Made by a program: the position numbers and the translations under genes
Virus record (IMG/VR): IMGVR_UViG_3300015608_005401
Location: 10,686-74,685 of that record
DNA from: a virus
Lineage: Duplodnaviria; Caudoviricetes
Reading direction: 5' to 3' (one strand)
DNA length: 64,000 nt
The notes under the pieces: model-generated
The model's input: the letters and a program-made list of their open reading frames with translations, nothing else
What the model was told of the DNA's origin: nothing
The model's database searches: none
Part shown: piece after piece, positions 57,118 through 64,000 of the stretch
Position numbering within the stretch: position 1 is the first letter of the stretch
Layout of the letters: every line of letters starts with the position of its first letter

Positions 57118-57864
57118 ATGTTGCACATAATTTATAAAATTACAAACCTAAAAAATGAAAAAATATACATAGGTAAACATTCATGTGAAGACATTAATGA
57201 TGAATATATGGGTAGTGGTAAACTTATAAAAAGAGCAATAAAAAAATATGGAATAGAAAATTTTAAAAAAGAAATTCTTTATACTTTCTATGACGAGATC
57301 GAAGCATATAAAATGGAAAAAAATATAGTAAATGAAGATTTTATAAAAAGAAAAGATGTATATAATGTGATAATTGGTGGGGATCCATTCGAATCAATCA
57401 ACTCAAATGTTGAACTCAGAAAGGAGAAAAATAGAAGAGCAGTCATATCGATGAATAAAATAATATGGAATGATGAAGGAGAAAATAATAAAGAAAATGT
57501 TTACAAAAGTAAACTAAAATGGGTGGGTAAAAATCCACATATAATTTCTTGGAGAAATTTATTAAAAAATAGTCTAAAAAGACTAAATACTAACAAAGGA
57601 TCATCAACAATTAATCTATTAGGATATAGCGCAGAGGATTTAAAATATCATATATCTAGTTTATTTACACCAGGAATGAGTTGGGAAAACTACGGAGAAT
57701 GGCACATCGATCATATAAAACCAGTTTGTTCATTTGATTCTAACACCCCAGTTAGTATTGTCTGTGCTTTATCTAATTTACAACCTCTATGGGCAACAAC
57801 AAGAGAAATAGATGGTATTATCTATGAGGGAAATTTAAATAAAAACAAATTTTATCAAAATTAA
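57118..57864 (+). CDS. chimeric GIY-YIG plus HNH-type endonuclease
   Basis: IIYKITNLKNEKIYIGKH..YMGSG N-terminus; MSWENYGEWHIDHIKP..LSNLQPLW C-terminus. Confidence 0.7.
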   Translation: MLHIIYKITNLKNEKIYIGKHSCEDINDEYMGSGKLIKRAIKKYGIENFKKEILYTFYDEIEAYKMEKNIVNEDFIKRKDVYNVIIGGDPFESINSNVELRKEKNRRAVISMNKIIWNDEGENNKENVYKSKLKWVGKNPHIISWRNLLKNSLKRLNTNKGSSTINLLGYSAEDLKYHISSLFTPGMSWENYGEWHIDHIKPVCSFDSNTPVSIVCALSNLQPLWATTREIDGIIYEGNLNKNKFYQN

Positions 57865-57870
57865 ATATTT

Positions 57871-58080
57871 CTATGTAGTATCCGAGTTTGTGTTTCTTGA
57901 ACCAAAATATCCACCAACAATACCAATTAGACCAGTAATTGACATTTGCAATAGCTGGATTATATCATCAATTGGTCTTTTTTCCTGTAAAGAAACCCAA
58001 AAGTCACCTAATACTATAATAGTAAGTAAAGTCATAACACCACCAACCATTATAAAAACCATTCTATCTTTACTTTTCAT
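57871..58080 (-). CDS. small two-TM membrane protein
   Basis: Two hydrophobic helices, GIVGGYFGS. Confidence 0.6.
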   Translation of the reverse strand: MKSKDRMVFIMVGGVMTLLTIIVLGDFWVSLQEKRPIDDIIQLLQMSITGLIGIVGGYFGSRNTNSDTT

Positions 58081-58699
58081 TATCTTTATTAAATATTTTT
58101 TCTAAATACATATAAATATATTTTCTATATCTATTTATTATTTTTTCATCACAGTATTTTTTAATATCATGCCATAGATGACCTGCTTGACCACCAATTC
58201 CTCTTTGTAGCTTTTCCATACCAGACTCTACACTTCTTGTTACTTTAGATAATTCACTAGCAATAGTAAATGAAAAAGCCATCACTTCTTCTTTATTTGA
58301 AAAGTAAGATTTTCTATCTAACGGACTTGGTAGTTTATAATCAATAATTCCTTTTCTTAAACTTTGTTCAGCATGAACTCTTTCGTGTCCAATAATATCT
58401 AACATAATTTCTTTGAAGTTTGGTATAAATCTAGCAGCATTTGCATCCACCAAAACAAACATTGGTTTTTTTCTGATAGGATTAAAAAGAGCAAAGAAAG
58501 GAACGCCTTGTCTTGGTGGTGCTGTTTTTTTATTTTCTTCACTTAATGAATTATAAAAATCATCATAATTAACAACATCAAAGCCATTTCTATTTCCAAA
58601 CTCAACCGCAGACTCAAAAGAGTTTACAGGAGCATTATCATCTATTTTAGAAGGTATAATAACCGCTTCAAATAATTCAAACTTTTTTAGGTATTTCAT
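58070..58699 (-). CDS. hypothetical protein, capsid-targeting-like N-terminus, HExxH motif
   Basis: MKYLKKFELFEA; IIGHERVHAEQ...EVMAFS. Confidence 0.6.
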   Translation of the reverse strand: MKYLKKFELFEAVIIPSKIDDNAPVNSFESAVEFGNRNGFDVVNYDDFYNSLSEENKKTAPPRQGVPFFALFNPIRKKPMFVLVDANAARFIPNFKEIMLDIIGHERVHAEQSLRKGIIDYKLPSPLDRKSYFSNKEEVMAFSFTIASELSKVTRSVESGMEKLQRGIGGQAGHLWHDIKKYCDEKIINRYRKYIYMYLEKIFNKDNEK

Positions 58700-58780
58700 A
58701 AATTATATATTAATTTTGTAAAATAAAAATAAACTATCGCAGAAACAAATAACATATTTATTGGTCAGTACTGGGAATCC

Positions 58781-59395
58781 TTGAATAAATTAGGACTACC
58801 ATACTATCTTTATCTTGGTGATGAACTAGTAATAGTAGTCAATATAGAAAAAAGAAAAAGGAAAAATGGTGCAAAAATAGATCAGGTTTATTATACTTTA
58901 GAAGATGGTACAGTAAAACATGCTTCGTTCTTTAAAAAAGTAGATATTAAGTTAATTAAAAGAGATTTTATACTAAATAATTATTGTAGTGATAAAAATC
59001 TTAAATTAACTATTGGTAGAACTGAATTAAAACCAGAGTCAAATAAAGAAAAGATTTGGTCAGATTTAAGATATGAGTTCTTTTCTCAATTCGACTTTCC
59101 TATTATGACTTGCCATCATTTAGATGATTGTGTTGAGACATATTTATTTTCTTGCCTACGAGGATTTCAATCTGTTATTCCTTATTCAAAAGCTAATATA
59201 ATTCGACCTTTTTTATTAAATGAAAAGTCCGTCTTTGAAAGATGGTGTAAACAAAAATCGGTTCCATTCATAAAAGATGAATCTAATGATTGTTTAGATT
59301 ATTCAAGAAACAGAATTAGACATAAAATTGTACCGGAGGCTTTACTTGTAAATCCTGGTTTGAAAACAGTTGTTAAAAAAATGATTAAATTATAA
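58781..59395 (+). pseudogene. tilS: TilS (tRNA-Ile lysidine synthetase) C-terminal part fused to an unrelated N-terminus
   Basis: LRYEFF, CHHLDDCVETYLF, IIRPFL, DESN..YSRNRIRH present; SGGxDS PP-loop absent. Confidence 0.7.
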
Positions 59396-60051
59396 TGGAG
59401 TTATTTCACTTTGATATAGAAACGGCTGGTCAATATAAAGACTATGACTCACTTTTAGATAGTGATGAAAGAGGTGCTAGACTTTTTTCATCTAAATATG
59501 AGAAGATGGGTTGGTCAGATAAGTACAAAGATATAAATGAGGCTTATCAAGAAAATGCTGGTATTATTTCTACTTACGGTAGAATTGTTTGTATTTCTTT
59601 TGGTTATGAACTAAACGGAGAAAAACACATAAGATCTTTTTATGGCGATGATGAAAGAGATATTGTTGATTCATTTAATAACTTATTAAAGAAAATAGAA
59701 ACAAAAATCTTTAGTTTATCTGGCTTTAGAATTAATCACTTTGATATTCCTTGGGTTCTTCATAAACTTCACAAGTATGAAATTGAACCGGCTAATATGA
59801 TTTATGTATATGATAAAAAGCCTTGGGATATGAGAATTGTTGATATGTCTGATGATTGGAAACAAAAATTTGCTTGGGCATTTTCATTTGACGAAATGTG
59901 TTATGAATTAGGTGTAAAATCACCAAAAGATAACATGAATGGATCAGACGTACATAAAGCTTATTGGTCTGGTAAAATTGAAGCAATAAAAACATACTGT
60001 GAAAAAGATGTTAGTTCATCAATTGATGCTTCTAAAAAGTTGTACAAATAA
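59395..60051 (+). CDS. DnaQ/PolB-like 3'-5' exonuclease
   Basis: HFDIETAG (ExoI), NHFDIPW (ExoII), YCEKDV (ExoIII). Confidence 0.85.
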   Translation: MELFHFDIETAGQYKDYDSLLDSDERGARLFSSKYEKMGWSDKYKDINEAYQENAGIISTYGRIVCISFGYELNGEKHIRSFYGDDERDIVDSFNNLLKKIETKIFSLSGFRINHFDIPWVLHKLHKYEIEPANMIYVYDKKPWDMRIVDMSDDWKQKFAWAFSFDEMCYELGVKSPKDNMNGSDVHKAYWSGKIEAIKTYCEKDVSSSIDASKKLYK

Positions 60052-60097
60052 TAATTTTTCCTTATCTTTGTCATGTTAATCACTAAAACAAAAAAAT

Positions 60098-60238
60098 ATG
60101 GCAAAGATTAAAGAAATCTACATGGAAATTCAAGAGAAACTTGGTGAAGAAGTTGAAATTACTGAGGAGATATTTCATCAACATCTAGTTGAAAAAGGAA
60201 TTATAAAAGAAACTAAAAACTCTGATGAAGAAGAGTAA
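60098..60238 (+). CDS. 46-aa acidic protein, absent from the ORF track
   Basis: MAKIKEIYMEIQEKLGEEV..; TATCTTTG promoter before it and a terminator after it. Confidence 0.55.
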   Translation: MAKIKEIYMEIQEKLGEEVEITEEIFHQHLVEKGIIKETKNSDEEE

Positions 60239-60242
60239 TTAA

Positions 60243-60271
60243 GACCCATCGAAAGATGGGTTTTTTGTTTT
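60243..60271 (+). terminator. intrinsic terminator
   Basis: GACCCATC-GAAA-GATGGGTT then TTTTGTTTT. Confidence 0.85.
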
Positions 60272-60319
60272 AAAGAGCCGTTGTATATACAAATATATAC
60301 TTGTAAAAATAGGTATAAA

Positions 60320-60508
60320 ATGGCAGCACCAAAAGACAAAATGTTTTCACTACGAATACCTGAAAAGCTACTAGAAGAGTATAGGTTATTTTGTGAGGAA
60401 AATTCTATTAATATTTCTAAAAGATTAAGAAAGTTTATTGAGAGAGATTTAGAATCTTGGAGAGCAAGAAAGCTTCAACAACAAAAAAATAATAATTCTC
60501 AGTCTTAA
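60320..60508 (+). CDS. ribbon-helix-helix regulator
   Basis: MAAPKDKMFSLRIPEKLLEEYRLFCEENSINISKRLRKFIE. Confidence 0.7.
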   Translation: MAAPKDKMFSLRIPEKLLEEYRLFCEENSINISKRLRKFIERDLESWRARKLQQQKNNNSQS

Positions 60509-60518
60509 TATATAGATT

Positions 60519-61073
60519 ATGATAAAAAATTACTCACAATTTATAAAAGAAGATTATTCAGATATTAAATCTGATTTAATTAAGTATATAGATGATAATA
60601 AAAATGATATCGAATCTAAAGGTTTAGAATTTAATGAACTAAAAGATGATATGACATTTGTCATAGAAAAACTTGATTCTGACTTTTTAAAAAAAATAAA
60701 CCTAGAACTGTCAAGTATAGATGTTGATAATAAAGTTGAATTTCAACATAAATTTGAAGAGGTTATTAAATCAATTATAGAAGAATTAGGCAAATCACAA
60801 TTAAATGAAGGTTTAGTTTCATTTTTTAAATCAATATGGAATGAAATTAAAAAAGCAGTTAAATGGATATCTGATAGAATATACACAATTTCTGGATATC
60901 TAACAATTGGATTGGCTGGTTTGCTATTTATAATCAATCAATGGGGTCCTGGACTATATATGCCATATGAATTTGGTAATGTGGCTTTGAACACTGTATT
61001 AGCAATTGGAATTGCTGTACTAAAATACGGTCAAAAAAATGACAATTATATAAAAAACATAAGTGAAATATGA
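60519..61073 (+). CDS. membrane protein with a T4-IP-like N-terminus
   Basis: MIKNYSQFIKED; internal LNEGL repeat of the xxE motif; two C-terminal TM helices. Confidence 0.65.
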   Translation: MIKNYSQFIKEDYSDIKSDLIKYIDDNKNDIESKGLEFNELKDDMTFVIEKLDSDFLKKINLELSSIDVDNKVEFQHKFEEVIKSIIEELGKSQLNEGLVSFFKSIWNEIKKAVKWISDRIYTISGYLTIGLAGLLFIINQWGPGLYMPYEFGNVALNTVLAIGIAVLKYGQKNDNYIKNISEI

Positions 61074-62802
61074 AACACATTAGAAACTTTGAAAAATTTA
61101 AAGAGAAAAGAAATCAAGTAATATCCGAAAAGGCAACTAATCACTACTATAAATTAGGTAAATCTTGTAATAAATCTATTTTTGAAATGGAATTGTTATC
61201 TGAGGGATATTCAGTTGAATTTGTTAATTCTGTTAATGAAAGTTTACAATTTTCTAAAATCGACAATAAAATAATTGATTGTGTTTGGGAATACCTTCAA
61301 GAAGGAACTGAAACTAAATTAGATTTACTAACAGAAGAGTTAACTGTTTTTGGTAAACAACTTCCTACTCTTGGTGATATGTATAAAGGAGTAACTAATG
61401 TTATAGATAAAGGTATTGAAATAGGTAAGTCTGCTATTGGTAGTTTTAAGGATTTCATTAAAAATATTGGAAATATTGTTAAAAATCTTTTCTCTAAAAT
61501 TAAAGCTTTCTTTGCTAAAGTTTGGGAAGCATTTAAACCTAAATTAACTGCTGCTATGGGTGTTATTAAAAAAGCTGTAGGTGGTGGTTCAACTGATAAA
61601 ATGAAAGGTGCTATTGACGCAATGGCTAGTGATGGTGGACAAAAAGAAATTGGTACTTTATCTGAAGATCTTTCTAAAGTTTGTTCAAAATTTTCAACTG
61701 GAGATGTTGGTAATATGTCAGAAGAATCAGCAAAACATTTACAAGATGAAGCTGGTGAATACCAAGGTATCGAAGGTGATGCTGATATTGAAAAATTAAT
61801 GTCAGAATCATTAGAAAGAAAAGGATCGGTTGAAAAGATATATTATTCAATAAAAGGTTTCTTATTTGAAGGTGGTAAAATTGATGAATTAGATGCTATC
61901 TTTGAAGCAGAAGAAACAAAGATTGAATTAAAAGAAGGTGATAAAGTAACATATACTAATAAAGAAGGTAAAGAAGTAACTAAATCTATAATTAGAATTG
62001 ATGGTGATAACGCTGTATTCAAAAGTGATAAAGATGGTAGTGAATTTACAAAGCCAGTATCTGATTTGAAAAAATCAGAAGGTGCTGGTAAGAAAATATT
62101 ATCTGGATTTGTTGGTGAAGAACCAGAGAAAAAAGGAGTATTTGGTTGGCTAGTTGAAGCTGTTGGATCTTTGTATTTAATCCACTTGTTAAACTTAAAG
62201 AAACACTTATAAAAGGTGGTACTAATGGAATATGTATGATGATTTCAGCTATGGCTAGAGGATTAAAAAATATGGCTAAATACATTGTTATTGGTGTTAT
62301 AGCTGGATTAGTTTATCACATAGTACATGGTCTTATGACACTTACTGGTGGTGGTCACGGTGAAGGTCACGGTGAGAAAGGACATGAAGCTGGGTCTGAG
62401 GCAGCAGAAGCTGGAGCTGAGGCGGCTAAAGGTGGAGTAGCTGATGCTGCTGCGAAAGCTACTTCAAAAATTAACTTAGCAAAAGAGTCTTTCGGTATAA
62501 ATGAATCTGAAGCAGCATTGGCTGTTGATATGAATAAAACAACATCATATACAAATGGAATTTTTGATATTGCTAAAAAGGTTGCTTTACCAGTTGTTGG
62601 AGGTCTTTTAATGGCGGCATTATCACACTTTTTCCCAATAGTACATACAATATTAGAAGCTATATTAGTTTCAATTGGTATATTTGAGTTAGTTGGTGCT
62701 GTTTGTACAATAGAGTCAATTAAAAGTAAGAACTTAAAAATTTGTACACTTCAACACAGTGCTCACCATTTCATAGAAGGTGGTGTAGGTGGTGGACACT
62801 AA
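61070..62802 (+). CDS. large capsid-targeting-like protein with a frameshift near 62170
   Basis: MKHIRNFEKFKE; the frame after WLVEAVG continues as FVFNPLVKLKETLIKGG into ORF 62236-62802. Confidence 0.55.
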
Positions 62803-62931
62803 TTAAAAATAACTTACTAAATGCTAATAAATTTGGTGAATTGAAAATCTCACCGTATATTTGTAAAACAATTGGGAAAGGCAACGATTTAGATACAACT
62901 CTCAATTATTTTTACAAATTTTAGAAAAAAA

Positions 62932-63004
62932 TTAGGTAGATTTAAAACTTTTATCTATATTTGTATAAAATAAGTCAAAAGGGACAAAAAACTTTTAATA
63001 TATA
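62932..63004 (+). promoter_or_regulatory. tandem promoters of tRNA operon 5
   Basis: TTAGG..TATATTTG (62956-62963) and TTAATATATA (62995-63004). Confidence 0.7.
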
Positions 63005-63009
63005 CTACA

Positions 63010-63117
63010 ATGACAACAATGAATTTAAATATGAACATGAATCTAACAGTGGTGCTTAATACGTTATGTATTAGACGCTCTGAGGGCTTCGTCATATCTA
63101 AACGATTTGTTGGCTAA
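63010..63117 (+). CDS. attenuator leader peptide L5 (MTTMNLNMNMNLTVVLNTLCIRRSEGFVISKRFVG)
   Basis: Five Asn codons upstream of two tRNA-Asn genes; ATT and AGA codons match the Ile(GAT) and Arg(TCT) genes. Confidence 0.8.
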   Translation: MTTMNLNMNMNLTVVLNTLCIRRSEGFVISKRFVG

Positions 63118-63147
63118 TGTGAAACAAATTATATAAAGGATAAATCG

Positions 63148-63180
63148 AAACCCTCAGACAAAAAATCTGAGGGTTTTTTT
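63148..63180 (+). terminator. attenuator terminator T5
   Basis: AAACCCTCAGA-CAAAAAA-TCTGAGGGTTT then TTTT. Confidence 0.9.
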
Positions 63181-63207
63181 ATGTCCCTATAAAAATAAAA
63201 AATATCT

Positions 63208-63281
63208 TCCTCGGTAGCTCAGTTGGTTAGAGCATCTGACTGTTAATCAGAGGGTCGCTGGTTCGAGTCCAGCCCGGGGAG
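63208..63281 (+). tRNA. tRNA-Asn(GTT)
   Basis: TCTGA-CTGTTAA-TCAGA, G73. Confidence 0.93.
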
Positions 63282-63291
63282 CAAAAATAAA

Positions 63292-63376
63292 CGGTAGGTA
63301 CCCGAGCGGTCTTCAGGGACTAGTCTGATACACTAGGTGAGAAATCACGACGTGGGTTCAAATCCCACCCTACCGA
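63292..63376 (+). tRNA. long-variable-arm tRNA with a GAT (Ile) anticodon
   Basis: CGGTAGG/CCTACCG stem, A73, CTAGT-CTGATAC-ACTAG, GTGA-GAAA-TCAC variable arm. Confidence 0.8.
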
Positions 63377-63382
63377 CAACAT

Positions 63383-63454
63383 TCACTGGTAGCTCAGAGG
63401 CAGAGCAGGCGCCTGTTAAGCGTTAGGTCGGGATATCGTAATTCCCCCAGTGAG
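63383..63454 (+). tRNA. tRNA-Asn(GTT)
   Basis: Loop CTGTTAA, G73, atypical T-loop ATCGTAA. Confidence 0.8.
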
Positions 63455-63459
63455 CAAAT

Positions 63460-63538
63460 GCCCCAGTAACCGAGGTCGCCTTCTAAGCGACTAATCGTAA
63501 CGGAGTTGAAAATGTAGGTTCGAATCCTACTTGGGGTA
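63460..63538 (+). tRNA. tRNA-Arg(TCT)-like, no conventional D-arm, long variable region
   Basis: GCCCCAG/TTGGGGT stem, GTCGC-CTTCTAA-GCGAC, GTAGG-TTCGAAT-CCTAC. Confidence 0.65.
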
Positions 63539-63598
63539 CAATTTCGAACTTTTTTTGAGTTTCGAAACTTAATATATAATAAAAAATAAATTTATTAT

Positions 63599-64000
63599 AT
63601 GAAAGTTTGTAAAAAATGCTTAATTGAAAAGGAAATAGAAGATTTTTCTTTTAAGGATAAAAAAGTTGGAAAAAGGCAAGCTTATTGTAAAGAGTGTTTT
63701 ATTTCTTTAAGAAAAGAATCTTATAAGAAAAATAAAAATCACTATTTAGGAAAAGCAAAAAATAGAAAAAAAGAAATAGTAGATTGGTATGTAGAAATTA
63801 AAAAAACGATGAAGTGTCAAAAGTGTGGATTTTCACATCCAGCAGCTTTAGATTTTCATCATAAAAATGAGAATGAAAAAGAATATGATGTATCTCAATT
63901 AGTGAGAAATGGTAACAAAGATAAAATATTAAAGGAGATAGAAAAATGTATCATTTTATGTTCAAATTGTCACAGAATACATCATTATGAAAATGAATAA
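63599..64000 (+). CDS. HNH homing endonuclease
   Basis: CKKC..CKEC zinc finger; CQKCG..LDFHH..CIILCSNCHRIHH. Confidence 0.85.
   Translation: MKVCKKCLIEKEIEDFSFKDKKVGKRQAYCKECFISLRKESYKKNKNHYLGKAKNRKKEIVDWYVEIKKTMKCQKCGFSHPAALDFHHKNENEKEYDVSQLVRNGNKDKILKEIEKCIILCSNCHRIHHYENE

Noticed and set aside
60098-60271. 46-aa ORF plus terminator as a sixth attenuator
   Set aside because: No tRNA follows, no antiterminator complement seen, and the sequence looks like an ordinary acidic protein
62165-62175. Programmed frameshift joining ORFs 61070 and 62236
   Set aside because: No slippery sequence or stimulatory hairpin seen; treated as mutation or assembly error
1-64000. Bacterial chromosome segment
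   Set aside because: No rRNA or housekeeping operon synteny; dense small hypothetical ORFs, phage-type promoter motif, homing endonucleases, T4-like tags and atypical tRNA arrays point to a large phage

Overview
Very AT-rich, gene-dense segment best explained as part of a large (jumbo/huge) tailed phage genome infecting a Bacteroidota host. The evidence is many TAnnTTTG -7 promoters, Bacteroidota-like cargo genes, T4-like capsid-targeting N-termini, a recurring TTAATATATA phage promoter motif, about 30 tRNA or tRNA-like genes interleaved with homing endonucleases, and translation-related genes (S1-like, SmpB, TilS, YqeY). The main observation is that five tRNA operons each begin with promoter, then a 24-35 codon leader ORF, then an intrinsic terminator, then tRNA genes. 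The leader codons match the amino acids of the downstream tRNAs (His/Lys/Phe/Trp; Ser/Arg; Tyr/Glu; Ile/Gly/Ala; Asn/Ile/Arg plus predicted others), and each leader contains a segment that can pair with the 5' arm of its terminator. This looks like ribosome-mediated attenuation that turns phage tRNA genes on only when the cognate tRNAs are limiting. Also present are atypical tRNA architectures, a candidate ~390-nt structured ncRNA, two nuclease cassettes that duplicate the 3' end of the gene they interrupt (ligA, M42 peptidase), an internally deleted TnpB mini-element and two families of shared short peptide motifs. Caveat: several abrupt gene junctions and homopolymer frameshifts suggest assembly or indel errors, so single-base anomalies need read-level checking. 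All calls are by eye, and no database searches were run.
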